A stretch of DNA of 64,000 nt from Burkholderiales bacterium (GCA_028868895.1 JAGWTP010000003.1:7392-71391), one strand, 5' to 3'; shown: positions 44,519-56,879, counted from the stretch's first letter. Notes: generated by a model from the letters alone, not told the origin. A program made the numbers and translations.

Positions 44519-46414
44519 ATGACGCCGAACCCAACCGCTCCGCGCCCGAACCAGTTCGCGCTGCTCACGCAGCGCCGCTTCGCACCGTTCTTCTGGACCC
44601 AGTTTCTCGGCGCCGGCAACGACAACCTGTTCAAGTTCGCGTTCACCGTGATGGTGACCTACCAGCTCGACGTGAGCTGGCTGCAGCCGCAGATGGCGGG
44701 CCTGGTGATCGGCGCGTTGTTCATCCTGCCGTTCCTGCTGTTCTCGGCGACCAGCGGCCAGCTCACCGACAAGTTCGAGAAGACGCGCGTGATCCGCGCC
44801 GTCAAGGGTCTCGAGATCGCGATCATGGCGCTGGCCGCCTGGGGCTTCTGGGCCGCCGACGCGCCGGTGCTGCTCGCGTGCGTGTTCCTGATGGGCCTGC
44901 ACTCGACGCTGTTCGGGCCGGTGAAGTACGCCTACCTGCCGCAGCACCTGAGCGAGCGCGAGCTGACCGGCGGCAACGGCATGGTCGAGATGGGCACGTT
45001 CGTCGCAATCCTGCTCGGCCAGCTGGCGGGCGGGCTGCTGGTGGCGGTCCCGGATGTCGGCCGTCACTACGTGGCGTTCGCCTGCGTCGCGGTCGCGTTG
45101 ATCGGCCGCATGACGGCGCAGGCGGTGCCGGCCTCGCCCTCGACCGACCCGGACCTGCGCATCAACTGGAACCCCGTCACCGAGACCTGGCGCAACCTGA
45201 GGTTGGCGCGCGAGAACCCGGTCGTGTTCCGCTCGCTGCTGGGGATCTCGTGGATGTGGTTCTTCGGCGCGGTGTTCCTGGCGCTGTTCCCGGCGTTCGC
45301 GAAGGAGGTGCTGCACGGCGACGCGCAGGTGGCCTCGCTGCTGCTGGTGGTGTTCTCGGTGGGCATCGGCGCGGGCTCGCTGCTGTGCGAGGTGTTCAGC
45401 AAGCGCCATGTCGAGATCGGCCTGGTGCCGCTGGGCGCGATCGGCATGAGCGTGTTCGCGGTCGACCTGTACTTCGCTTCCCGCGCCCTGCCGCCCGCGA
45501 CGAACCTGGCGCTGCGCGAGTTCATGACGCAGCCCGCGCACTGGCGCGTGATGGCCGACCTGGCGCTGCTGTCGGCGTTCGCGGGCCTGTACAGCGTGCC
45601 GATGTACGCGCTGATCCAGCTGCGCTCGCAGCCCAGCCACCGGGCCCGCATCATCGCGGCCAACAACATCCTGAATGCGCTGTTCATGATCGTCAGCGCG
45701 ATCGGCGTGGGCGCGCTGCTCGCGGCGCACTTCACGATCCCGCAGGTGTTCCTGATCACCGGGCTGCTCAATGCGGTGGTCGCGAGCGGCGTCTTCATGC
45801 TGGTGCCGGAGTACCTGCTGCGCTTCGTCGCGTTCGTGGTCACGAGAGTCGTCTACCGTTTCGAGGTGCGCGGCGACGAGAACATTCCGGCCACCGGCGC
45901 GGCCATCCTGGTGTGCAACCACCTCAGCTTCGTCGACCCGGTGCTGCTGATGGCGGCGAGCCCGCGGCCGATCCGTTTCGTGATGGACCACCACATCTTC
46001 GAGCGGCCGGTGATGGGCTGGTTCTTCAGGCTCGCGAAAGCCATTCCGATCGCGCCGCAGCGTGACGACCCGGCCGCCGATGAGCAGGCCTTCGTGAAGG
46101 CGCGCGAGGTGCTCGACGACGGCGAACTGCTGTGCCTCTTCGCCGAAGGCGCGATCACCCGCGACGGGCAGCTCGGCGAGTTCGAGGGCGGCGTGATGAA
46201 GCTGCTCGAACGCAACCCGGTGCCGGTGGTGCCGCTGGCGCTGCGAAACCTGTGGGGCTCGTACTTCTCGCGCCAGGGCGGCACCGCGATGAACCCGCCG
46301 CTTCGGCGCGGCTGGTTCAGCCGAGTCGGGCTGGTGGCGGGCGACGCGCTGGCGCCGGCCAGCGTGACGCCGGTCGCGCTGCGCGAACGCGTGTCGAGCC
46401 TGCTGGCATCCTGA
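44519..46414 (+). CDS. MFS lysophospholipid transporter fused to an acyltransferase (LplT/Aas-like)
   Basis: About 12 TMs (QFLGAGNDNLFK), then a PlsC domain with NHLSFVD. Confidence 0.85.
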   Translation: MTPNPTAPRPNQFALLTQRRFAPFFWTQFLGAGNDNLFKFAFTVMVTYQLDVSWLQPQMAGLVIGALFILPFLLFSATSGQLTDKFEKTRVIRAVKGLEIAIMALAAWGFWAADAPVLLACVFLMGLHSTLFGPVKYAYLPQHLSERELTGGNGMVEMGTFVAILLGQLAGGLLVAVPDVGRHYVAFACVAVALIGRMTAQAVPASPSTDPDLRINWNPVTETWRNLRLARENPVVFRSLLGISWMWFFGAVFLALFPAFAKEVLHGDAQVASLLLVVFSVGIGAGSLLCEVFSKRHVEIGLVPLGAIGMSVFAVDLYFASRALPPATNLALREFMTQPAHWRVMADLALLSAFAGLYSVPMYALIQLRSQPSHRARIIAANNILNALFMIVSAIGVGALLAAHFTIPQVFLITGLLNAVVASGVFMLVPEYLLRFVAFVVTRVVYRFEVRGDENIPATGAAILVCNHLSFVDPVLLMAASPRPIRFVMDHHIFERPVMGWFFRLAKAIPIAPQRDDPAADEQAFVKAREVLDDGELLCLFAEGAITRDGQLGEFEGGVMKLLERNPVPVVPLALRNLWGSYFSRQGGTAMNPPLRRGWFSRVGLVAGDALAPASVTPVALRERVSSLLAS

Positions 46415-46446
46415 GCCGCCCTTTTCAATTCACCCGGAGACCTTCG

Positions 46447-47127
46447 ATGGCCTTGTCGCTGAGCCGCGCCGCAATCGTGCGCACCGTTCCGTTCGCCGCG
46501 TTCATGGTGCTGCTCGCGGCACGCGGCGCGCTGCCCGCGGAGGGCTCGTGGGGCCTCGACCCACGCTGGGTCTACGGCATCACCGTGCTGGTGGTCGGGG
46601 GCTTGCTCGCGTGGTGGTGGCGGGAGTACGGCGAACTGGTGTCCCAGACCTGGCCGAGCCTCGCCGAGGCGGGCCTGGCGGTCGTGGTCGGCGTGGTCGT
46701 GTTCGGGTTGTGGATCCGGCTCGACGCGCCGTGGATGCAGATTGGCACGCCCGCCGCCTCGTTCCTGCCGCTGGACCCGCAGGGCGGGCTGGTCTGGCCG
46801 CTGGTGGCGGTGCGCTGGATCGGCGCCGCGCTGGTCGTGCCGGTGATGGAAGAACTGTTCTGGCGTTCGTTCCTGATGCGCTGGATCCAGAGCCCGCAGT
46901 TCGAATCGGTGGTGCCGCAGCGCGTGGGGCCTAAGGCCATCGTGCTCTCGACCTTCGTCTTCGTGCTCGCCCACACGCTGTGGCTCGCCGCGATCGTCGC
47001 CGGCCTGGCGTATGCGTGGCTGTATGTGCGCACCGGCAAGCTGTGGGTTCCCGTGATCGCGCACGCGGTGACGAACGGGGTGCTGGGGGTGTGGGTGGTG
47101 AAGACCGGGCAGTGGTCGTTCTGGTAG
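46447..47127 (+). CDS. CAAX prenyl protease-related (CPBP) membrane protein
   Basis: VPVMEELFWRSFL, FVLAH, AHAVTN motifs. Confidence 0.85.
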   Translation: MALSLSRAAIVRTVPFAAFMVLLAARGALPAEGSWGLDPRWVYGITVLVVGGLLAWWWREYGELVSQTWPSLAEAGLAVVVGVVVFGLWIRLDAPWMQIGTPAASFLPLDPQGGLVWPLVAVRWIGAALVVPVMEELFWRSFLMRWIQSPQFESVVPQRVGPKAIVLSTFVFVLAHTLWLAAIVAGLAYAWLYVRTGKLWVPVIAHAVTNGVLGVWVVKTGQWSFW

Positions 47128-47159
47128 CGCGGCTTGCGGTGTGCGGCGGCGGCGGTTAA

Positions 47160-47177
47160 TATAACGTTCGTTATAAC
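47160..47177. promoter_or_regulatory. Toxin-antitoxin operator palindrome
   Basis: TATAACG-TT-CGTTATA with an overlapping GTTATAAC, 15 nt upstream of the antitoxin ATG. Confidence 0.65.
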
Positions 47178-47191
47178 TACCGAGAACGGCC

Positions 47192-47416
47192 ATGCACACA
47201 CTCAAGCTCACCCAGATCGGCAATTCCGTCGGCGTCATCCTGCCGAAGGAAGTGCTGGCGCGGCTGAAGGTGGAGAAGGGTGACCTCATCTACCTGACCG
47301 ACAGTGCCGACGGGTTGCGGCTCACGCCGCACGATCCGAACTTCGAGCTTCAGATGAAGGCGGCGCGCGCGATCATGCGCAAGCGCCGCAGCGTGTTGCA
47401 CGAGTTGGCGAAGTGA
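47192..47416 (+). CDS. AbrB/MazE-fold antitoxin
   Basis: LKLTQIGNSVGVILPKE; GTGA overlap with the toxin gene. Confidence 0.88.
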   Translation: MHTLKLTQIGNSVGVILPKEVLARLKVEKGDLIYLTDSADGLRLTPHDPNFELQMKAARAIMRKRRSVLHELAK

Positions 47417-47811
47417 GTTCTGCGAACGACCCGTGGGTCTGGCTCGACCCGTCGGTGATCCATGCGGTTCACGACGAACAGTTGGGTGAGCACGGTGGCT
47501 CGGGTGGCTTGCGTGACGCCGGCTTGCTGGAATCGGCGCTGGCCCGCCCGATGCAACTGGCAGCGTACGGTGAGCCCGACGCTGCCTCGCTTGCGGCCGC
47601 CTATGGTTTCGGGCTCGCGAAGAACCACCCGTTCATCGACGGCAACAAGCGCACGGCCTTTGTGGCCGTCGAACTCTTCCTGGCGTTGAACGGTTGGGCG
47701 TTGGCGGCCAGCGACGTCGATTGCGTGATGGCGATGCTGAGTCTCGCCGCGGGCGACTGGAGCGAAGTGCAGTTCGCCGATTGGGTGCGCGCCCACAGCG
47801 CCCGGGCCTGA
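47413..47811 (+). CDS. doc: Doc/Fic family toxin
   Basis: GGLRDAGLLESALARP; Fic motif HPFIDGNKRTA. Confidence 0.88.
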   Translation: MSSANDPWVWLDPSVIHAVHDEQLGEHGGSGGLRDAGLLESALARPMQLAAYGEPDAASLAAAYGFGLAKNHPFIDGNKRTAFVAVELFLALNGWALAASDVDCVMAMLSLAAGDWSEVQFADWVRAHSARA

Positions 47812-47815
47812 GCCG

Positions 47816-50090
<2,275 letters not shown>

Positions 50091-50167
50091 CGGCGGTGGG
50101 CGGGACCGGCTCGTGCCGGAGCGCCACGACGGGGCGCCTCGTGGCCCGAGGGAGGCAGAATTCTCCC

Positions 50168-52357
50168 ATGGCCCCCGCACCCCAGAGCGTTGCCGCCGCC
50201 GTGGTCGGCAAGGACAAGTCCGGGCCGCAGCGCGCGCTCGAGAAGCTCGGCCTGGTGCGCCCGATCGACTTCGCGCTGCACCTGCCGCTGCGCTACGAGG
50301 ACGAGACCCGCATCGTGCCGATCGCCAGTCTGGGCGACGGCGCCCAGGCGCAGGTCGAGGGGGTGGTCAGCGAGTGCCAGGTCCAGCAGCGCGGCCGGCG
50401 CCAGCTCGTTGTGCGCATCCACGACGGCAGCGACGACCTGGTGCTGCGCTTCCTGCACTTCTACCCCTCGCAGCAGAAGGCGCTCGCGGTCGGCACCCGC
50501 GTGCGGGTGCGTGGCGAGGCGCGCGGCGGCTTCTTCGGCCTGGAGATGGTCCACCCGAGCTTCAAGGTCGTCACGCCGGCCACGCCACTCGCCACCGCCC
50601 TCACGCCGGTGTACCCGACCAGCGCCCAGTTGCCGCAGGCCTACCTGCGCAAGGCCGTGGCGGCGAACCTGGCGCGTGCCGATCTCGCCGAACTGCTGCC
50701 GCCCGAGCTGGTGCCGCGCGGCCTGGCGAGCCTGCGCGAGGCGCTGACCTTTCTGCACCAGCCGGCGCCCAGCGTCGGGCTGGCCACCCTCGAAGACCGC
50801 AGCCACCCGGCGTGGCAGCGGCTCAAGTTCGAGGAGCTGCTGGCGCAGCAGTTGTCGCAGCTGCAGGCCAAGCGCGAGCGCGAGCGGCAGCGCGCGCCGC
50901 GCCTGGCCGTGCGGGCCGGCGGCTTGCAGGAGCGGCTGCTCGGCGCGCTGCCGTTCACGCTCACCGCGGCGCAGCGGCGCGTCGTCGACGAGATCGCCGG
51001 CGATCTGCAGCGCGCCGCGCGCGGCACGGCGGGCGGCCTGGCCACGACCGTGCCGATGCACCGCCTGCTGCAAGGCGACGTGGGTTCGGGCAAGACCGTG
51101 GTCGCCGCGCTCGCTGCGGCGATCGCGATCGACAACGGCTGGCAGTGCGCGCTGATGGCGCCGACCGAGATCCTCGCCGAGCAGCACCTGCGCAAGCTCG
51201 TCGGCTGGCTCGCGCCGCTGGGCATCACGGTGGCGTGGCTCACCGGCAGCCGCAAGGGCAAGGGCCGCACGCGCATGCTCGAGCAGGTCGCCTCGGGCGA
51301 GGCTGCGCTGGTGGTGGGCACGCACGCGGTGATCCAGGAGCAGGTGCGGTTCGCGAAGCTGGGGCTGGCGATCGTCGACGAGCAGCATCGCTTCGGCGTG
51401 CAGCAGCGGCTGGCCCTGCGCGCCAAGCTCGGCGCGCGGTTCGACCCCAGCGCCGAGCCGGACGCGCGCCCCGATGTCGGTGCCAAGCCCGGCGCACGCG
51501 CCGATGACGACGCGACACCGGCAGCCTGCGGCATCGAGCCGCACACGCTGATGATGAGCGCCACGCCGATCCCGCGCACGCTGGCGATGACGCTGTTCGC
51601 CGACCTCGACGTCAGCACCATCGACGCGCTGCCGCCCGGGCGCACGCCGGTCGTGACCAAGCTGTTCGCCGACGCGAAGCGCGAGGCCGTGATCGCACGC
51701 ATCCGCGACGACGTGGCGCAGGGCCGGCAGGTCTACTGGGTCTGTCCGCTGATCGAGGAGTCGGAGACACTCGACCTGCGCAACGCCACCGCGACCCACC
51801 AGCAGCTCAGCGCGGCGCTGCCGGGCCGCACGGTCGGCCTGTTGCACGGCCGGATGGTGGCCGCCGAGAAGGCGGCGGTGATGGCGGCGTTCACCGCCGG
51901 GCAGCTGAGCGTGCTGGTGTCGACCACGGTGATCGAGGTCGGCGTGGACGTGCCCAATGCGTCGCTGATGGTGATCGAGCACGCCGAGCGCTTCGGCCTG
52001 TCGCAGCTGCACCAGCTGCGCGGGCGCGTCGGCCGCGGCAGCGCCGCCAGCGTGTGCGTGCTGATGTACGGCACGCCGTTGTCGCAGACCGCCAAGCAGC
52101 GCCTTAAGGCGATGATGGAGACCGGCGACGGCTTCGAGATCGCGCGCCGCGACCTGGAGATCCGCGGCCCCGGCGAGTTTCTCGGGGCGCGCCAGTCGGG
52201 CGCGCCGCTGCTGCGCTTTGCCGATCCCGCCACCGACGAAGCGCTGGTGCATGCCGCGCGCGCCGCCGCCGCGACACTGCTCGACCAGCGGCCGCAGATC
52301 GCGTTGGCGCATGTGGTGCGGTGGCTCGGCACCCGCTCGGACTACCTGAAAGCCTGA
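50168..52357 (+). CDS. recG: ATP-dependent DNA helicase RecG
   Basis: [49 protein letters not shown]. Confidence 0.95.
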   Translation: MAPAPQSVAAAVVGKDKSGPQRALEKLGLVRPIDFALHLPLRYEDETRIVPIASLGDGAQAQVEGVVSECQVQQRGRRQLVVRIHDGSDDLVLRFLHFYPSQQKALAVGTRVRVRGEARGGFFGLEMVHPSFKVVTPATPLATALTPVYPTSAQLPQAYLRKAVAANLARADLAELLPPELVPRGLASLREALTFLHQPAPSVGLATLEDRSHPAWQRLKFEELLAQQLSQLQAKRERERQRAPRLAVRAGGLQERLLGALPFTLTAAQRRVVDEIAGDLQRAARGTAGGLATTVPMHRLLQGDVGSGKTVVAALAAAIAIDNGWQCALMAPTEILAEQHLRKLVGWLAPLGITVAWLTGSRKGKGRTRMLEQVASGEAALVVGTHAVIQEQVRFAKLGLAIVDEQHRFGVQQRLALRAKLGARFDPSAEPDARPDVGAKPGARADDDATPAACGIEPHTLMMSATPIPRTLAMTLFADLDVSTIDALPPGRTPVVTKLFADAKREAVIARIRDDVAQGRQVYWVCPLIEESETLDLRNATATHQQLSAALPGRTVGLLHGRMVAAEKAAVMAAFTAGQLSVLVSTTVIEVGVDVPNASLMVIEHAERFGLSQLHQLRGRVGRGSAASVCVLMYGTPLSQTAKQRLKAMMETGDGFEIARRDLEIRGPGEFLGARQSGAPLLRFADPATDEALVHAARAAAATLLDQRPQIALAHVVRWLGTRSDYLKA

Positions 52358-52379
52358 TCGCCACCCGCACGGTCCGGGT

Positions 52380-53357
52380 TCAGCGAACGATCGGCGGCGG
52401 CAGCGGCGGCGGCGGTGGTGGTGGTGGTGGCGGCAGCGGCAGCGGCAGGCGCGGCATGCACATGCGCCGCGCGATGCCGGCGCTCTCGCTGAAGCTGCCG
52501 GCGCACTGTTCGCGGCTCGACGGATAGATCTCGCCGTGCGCACAGCACCAGCCGGTCTGCGCCGGCGGTGGCGGTGGTGCGGGCCGGCACATCGACTCGG
52601 CGATGCTGCGGTTGGTCGAGAACACGTTGCCGCCGCAGCGGTTCGACCAGCTCGGCACGGCGCGGCCATCGACGCAGCACCAGCCTTGCGACGGTGCCTC
52701 GGCAACGCTGTCGGCCCAGGCTGCGGCGTCGCGCAGCTCGCGCGCGTCGGCGGGCATCACGCGCGGCGCCGTGCGGTTGGGATAGGCGGACACCAGGGCC
52801 TCGAGGGCGTGCAGACGCACCGGCGCCCAGCCGGCCTGGCGCGGGCGACACGCGACGACGCCTTCGGCCACCGCGATGGCCACGCTGCGGTCGGGGCGCA
52901 CCTCGAACAGGAAGCGGGTGCCCTCGACGCCGGCGACGATGTTTTCGCTCGAGGTTTCGAAGAGGCCGCGCAGGTTCGCGAACACCCGCCCGAAGAAGAC
53001 CTCGAGCGAGCCCAGCCGCACGCGTGTGTTCTCGGCCAGCGTGGTGGTGCCGGTGGCCGCGCCCGTGTTGCCGCCGCTGAAGCGGATCACCGCGGCCGAC
53101 TGCGGCCCGGTCTGCACGACGTCGCCACGCTGCAGCAGCATGCCGCGCGTCGCGCGCAGTTCCTGGCCGTCGCGCCAGACCCGCAGGCCGACCTCGGCGG
53201 GCTCGGCCTGCTGCCAGCGCACCTCGGTGCCGGCAACCTCGCGCGCCACTTGCGCGAGCCGGATGGTCGGCTCTTGCGGGCCGGTCTCGCAGGCCGCCAG
53301 CACGAGCGTGATCGTGAGCGCGAGGCCGCGCAGCCACCGAAGTTCGAACGGGTTCAT
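52380..53357 (-). CDS. FecR-domain lipoprotein with two Cys-rich GWCC repeats and a polyproline tail (325 aa)
   Basis: Lipobox LAAC (Cys23); FecR-like GDVVQTG...AGVEGTRF..V.EG; its ATG overlaps the stop of the upstream TIR gene. Confidence 0.75.
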   Translation of the reverse strand: MNPFELRWLRGLALTITLVLAACETGPQEPTIRLAQVAREVAGTEVRWQQAEPAEVGLRVWRDGQELRATRGMLLQRGDVVQTGPQSAAVIRFSGGNTGAATGTTTLAENTRVRLGSLEVFFGRVFANLRGLFETSSENIVAGVEGTRFLFEVRPDRSVAIAVAEGVVACRPRQAGWAPVRLHALEALVSAYPNRTAPRVMPADARELRDAAAWADSVAEAPSQGWCCVDGRAVPSWSNRCGGNVFSTNRSIAESMCRPAPPPPPAQTGWCCAHGEIYPSSREQCAGSFSESAGIARRMCMPRLPLPLPPPPPPPPPPLPPPIVR

Positions 53358-55129
53358 GTCGGGATCCTCCGGAATGCCTGAAAGCGCCTGGCCATCACCT
53401 GCACCGCGCGCAGCGCGGCGGCGGTCAGGAACAACGCCGCGAGGTCGGTGACGACGTCGAGCAGCACCGCGCGCCGGGCCAGCCACACCGCCAGCGCGAG
53501 CCACGCGAGCGCCAGCGCCAGCAGCGCCACGCGGCGCTGCCAGGCGGGACGCTGAAACCCGCCGATGGCCACGGCGCCACCCAGCAAACCGGCCGCCAGC
53601 GTGCTCAGCAGCTGCCGGTCGGCGGTGAGACGCCGCGGCACCCGGCCGCCGGCCAGCGTGCTGATCGCGTCGGCCTGCAACTCCACACCGTAGACGGTGC
53701 GCTGGGCGTAGCCGTCTCGCACCACGTGGACGTCGGCGTTGGCGCCGGGGCGGTCGAGCGCCGTCAGGCCGACCAGCACGATGCGGCCCGCGAAGCGTGC
53801 GTCGGGGGTCTGCAACGGATCGAGCGCCTGCGCGTAGCTGACGCTGCGGGTGGCACTGCGCCAATGGCCGGCCGGCGCGACCCGCAGCAGCAGCATCGGC
53901 CGCACGTCACCGGCGCGCGTGACGCGGCAACCGGGCAGATCCAGCCGCTGGCGCTCGAGGCTGCTGTAGCGCAGCGGCGGGTCGCGCGCCGGGCCGTCGA
54001 AGCGCAACTGGCGGCGTGCGAGATCGGCGTCGAGCAGGCGCTCGCCGACCACCGCGGACAGCGCCAGCGACGGGGTGTCGGCGCTGACCAGTTCGCCGCC
54101 GGCGCCGGCCGCCGGCCGCAGCACCGCCAGCGGCGCTGACCACAGCAGGCCGCCGCCGCGATCGGTCAGGCACAGCGAGCCCCAGGTCGCCGCGTGCTGC
54201 AGCGGCTCGACCAGCGCCGGCGCGCCGGCGATGAGCTGGCGCACGCCGAACACGACGCGCATCGGCCGGGCCGCGGCACGCGCGCGCCGGGCGGCGTCGG
54301 CCAGCACCGGGTCGGCGTCGGTCGGGGTCTCGAAGTACAGGTCGAACACGACCGCGGCCGCGCCGGCCCGCCCGGCGCGGTCGATCAGCCGGGCGTGATC
54401 GAGGCGCCATTCGGCGGCGTGGTCCGGCGCGAAGGTTCGGCCCAGGCGCTGTTCGCTGGCGGCGTCGATGGCCACCAGCAGCACCGGCTCGCCGGTGTTG
54501 GGCCCGCCCGCGGCCAGCAGCAGGCGCTGCGCCTGGGTGTCGAGATTGAGCAGGTCGAACAGCCCGGTCCAGTTCGCCGCCAGCAGCGCGGCGACGATCA
54601 GCGCCGTGACCACCGGGCCGCCCCGGGCAATGCCTGCCAGGCGCGCCCACCGCCGCGGGTCGGGCGCGGGCTCGCCGAGCAACTGCCGCACCAGCTCGTT
54701 GAGGTCGATGTCGAAGCTGGCGCCATGGATTTCGGGCATGTTGAGCACCGCCAGCGCCCGCAGCTCGGTGGGCAGCGCGTCGGCCGCCGGGGCGGTCGCG
54801 CCCTCGACGCGCACCGGCACGATGCGCTTGGCGTGTTCGAGCGCCGTGAGCAGCTCCAGGCGCACCGGGTCGTCGGCCTGCTCCAGGCGGCGCCCGCGCT
54901 CGTTGCGTGCGTCCAGCCAGTGCGGGCCGATCACCACCAGCACCACGTCGCTGGCGGCGATGCGCTCGCGCACCAGGCGCACGAAATCGTCGCCGTAGGG
55001 GATGTCGGAGGTGTCGAAGAACACCCGGTCGGCGCCGAAGCGCGCGCGCAGGGCCTCGCACAGGCCGCGCGCACTGGTTTCGGCGTCGCTGCGCCGGTAG
55101 CTGATGAAGAGCCGCGAGGGTTGGAACAT
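53354..55129 (-). CDS. TIR domain - TM - CHASE2 - 3TM membrane protein (591 aa)
   Basis: TIR motifs FISYRRSD, VFFD..IPYGDDF, VRLE92L; CHASE2 motifs LVAID, AVVFDLYF, GRIVLVG, YGVELQA. Confidence 0.85.
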   Translation of the reverse strand: MFQPSRLFISYRRSDAETSARGLCEALRARFGADRVFFDTSDIPYGDDFVRLVRERIAASDVVLVVIGPHWLDARNERGRRLEQADDPVRLELLTALEHAKRIVPVRVEGATAPAADALPTELRALAVLNMPEIHGASFDIDLNELVRQLLGEPAPDPRRWARLAGIARGGPVVTALIVAALLAANWTGLFDLLNLDTQAQRLLLAAGGPNTGEPVLLVAIDAASEQRLGRTFAPDHAAEWRLDHARLIDRAGRAGAAAVVFDLYFETPTDADPVLADAARRARAAARPMRVVFGVRQLIAGAPALVEPLQHAATWGSLCLTDRGGGLLWSAPLAVLRPAAGAGGELVSADTPSLALSAVVGERLLDADLARRQLRFDGPARDPPLRYSSLERQRLDLPGCRVTRAGDVRPMLLLRVAPAGHWRSATRSVSYAQALDPLQTPDARFAGRIVLVGLTALDRPGANADVHVVRDGYAQRTVYGVELQADAISTLAGGRVPRRLTADRQLLSTLAAGLLGGAVAIGGFQRPAWQRRVALLALALAWLALAVWLARRAVLLDVVTDLAALFLTAAALRAVQVMARRFQAFRRIPT

Positions 55130-55254
55130 GGCAGCGCCCGTCGTTCCACCTTAGCGGCGCGTGCCGGCGCGCACAAGCCGACGGCTTAGGGGGCGCGGGG
55201 GTCGTTGCGCAGGAACGCTGGGCTATTCTTCGAACCCTCACCGAGAGCCGACCC

Positions 55255-56196
55255 ATGACCCTGACCGAACTGCGCTACGTGGTTGCCGTCGCCCGCGAGC
55301 ACCATTTCGGGCGGGCGGCCGAGGCCTGCTTCGTCTCGCAGCCGACACTGAGTGTGTCGATCAAGAAGCTCGAGGAAGAACTCGACATGAAGATCTTCGA
55401 GCGCGGCGCGGCCGAGGTGACGGTCACGCCGCTGGGCGCGGAGATCGTGCGCCAGGCGCAGATGGTGATCGAGCAGGCCGCAGCGATCAAGGAGATCGCC
55501 CGGCGCGGCAAGGACCCGGTCAGCGGCCCGCTGCGCCTGGGCGTCATCTACACGATCGGCCCGTACCTGTTGCCCGACCTGGTGCGCCAGGCGATCGAGC
55601 GGGTGCCGCAGATGCCGCTGATGCTGCAGGAGAACTTCACCGCCAAGCTGCTCGAGATGCTTCGCACCGGCGAGCTCGACTGCGCGATCGCGGCCGAGCC
55701 CTTCCCCGACACCGGGCTGGCGGTCGCGCCGCTGTACGACGAGCCGTTCATGGCGGCGGTGCCCAAGCTGCACCCGCTGGCGCGGCGCAAGAGCATCAGC
55801 ACCGAGGAGCTGAAGAACGAGACCATGCTGCTGCTGGGCACCGGCCACTGCTTTCGCGACCACGTGCTCGAGGTCTGCCCCGAGTACGCGCGCTTCGCCA
55901 GCCCGGCCGAGAGCGGTCGAACCGGGCTCGAAGGCATCCGCCAGAGCTTCGAGGGCTCGTCGCTGGAGACCATCAAGTACATGGTCGCCTCGGGCATGGG
56001 CGTGACGGTGGTGCCGCAGCTGAGCGTTCCCAAGGAAGCGCAGCCGCACATCAGGTACATCCCGTTCACCAAGCCGGTACCCACGCGCCGAGTGGTGCTG
56101 GTGTGGCGGCGCACGTTCACCCGCTACGAGGCGATCGCGGCGCTGCGCAATGCGATCTACGCGTGCCCGCTCAAAGGCGTCAAGCGGCTGTCGTGA
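55255..56196 (+). CDS. oxyR: Hydrogen peroxide-inducible activator OxyR
   Basis: [22 protein letters not shown]; redox cysteine pair [12 protein letters not shown]; upstream of dps. Confidence 0.92.
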   Translation: MTLTELRYVVAVAREHHFGRAAEACFVSQPTLSVSIKKLEEELDMKIFERGAAEVTVTPLGAEIVRQAQMVIEQAAAIKEIARRGKDPVSGPLRLGVIYTIGPYLLPDLVRQAIERVPQMPLMLQENFTAKLLEMLRTGELDCAIAAEPFPDTGLAVAPLYDEPFMAAVPKLHPLARRKSISTEELKNETMLLLGTGHCFRDHVLEVCPEYARFASPAESGRTGLEGIRQSFEGSSLETIKYMVASGMGVTVVPQLSVPKEAQPHIRYIPFTKPVPTRRVVLVWRRTFTRYEAIAALRNAIYACPLKGVKRLS

Positions 56197-56351
56197 TCGC
56201 CTGCGGCGGCGCCCCCCGCGCCGCCCTTCGCACCGCCGGGCCACGCGCGTCTGCGCCGAGCCGCGTCTCGGCGCCGGTACGCGGCGAACCTCGTGGGCCT
56301 GCGCTACATTCGATGTTCGATTTCTCGCAGCGATCCCATCGGAGCAAGACC

Positions 56352-56879
56352 ATGGCCAAGAAAGCGACCAAGAACACCAAGCCCGCCATGCCGCCGGCGC
56401 GCGGCTCGCACATCAACATCGGCATCAGCGAGGCCGACCGCGGCGCCATCGCCGCCGGCCTGAGCCACCTGCTGGCCGACACCTACACGCTGTACCTGAC
56501 CACGCACAACTTCCACTGGAACGTGACCGGGCCGATGTTCAACACGCTGCACCTGATGTTCATGACCCAGTACACCGAGCTGTGGAACGCGGTCGACCCG
56601 GTGGCCGAGCGCATCCGCTCGCTCGGCCACGCGGCGCCGGGCTCGTACGCGCAGTTCGGTGCGCTGGCGTCGATCAAGGACGCTCCGGCCACGCCGCCGA
56701 AGGCGCTCGAGATGGTGCGCATCCTGGTCGAGGGCCACGAGGCGGTGGCGCGCACCGCGCGCGGCATCTTCCCGCTGGCCGAGAAGGCCGGCGACGAACC
56801 CACGGCCGACCTGCTCACGCAACGCCTGACGGTGCACGAGCAGACCGCCTGGATGCTGCGCTCGCTGCTCGAAGAGTAG
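56352..56879 (+). CDS. dps: Dps family DNA-protecting ferritin
   Basis: [10 protein letters not shown]...LH...D.VAERI; Lys-rich N-terminus. Confidence 0.93.
   Translation: MAKKATKNTKPAMPPARGSHINIGISEADRGAIAAGLSHLLADTYTLYLTTHNFHWNVTGPMFNTLHLMFMTQYTELWNAVDPVAERIRSLGHAAPGSYAQFGALASIKDAPATPPKALEMVRILVEGHEAVARTARGIFPLAEKAGDEPTADLLTQRLTVHEQTAWMLRSLLEE

Noticed and set aside
45900-46414. FAEG in place of FPEG in the acyltransferase domain
   Set aside because: The catalytic HxxxxD is intact; a single substitution cannot be interpreted without an alignment.
52393-52449. (GGC/GGT)n microsatellite-like tract
   Set aside because: Explained as the polyproline codons of the FecR lipoprotein.
56197-56351. 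OxyR box upstream of dps
   Set aside because: Biologically plausible, but I could not fit ATAG-N7-CTAT repeats to the sequence.
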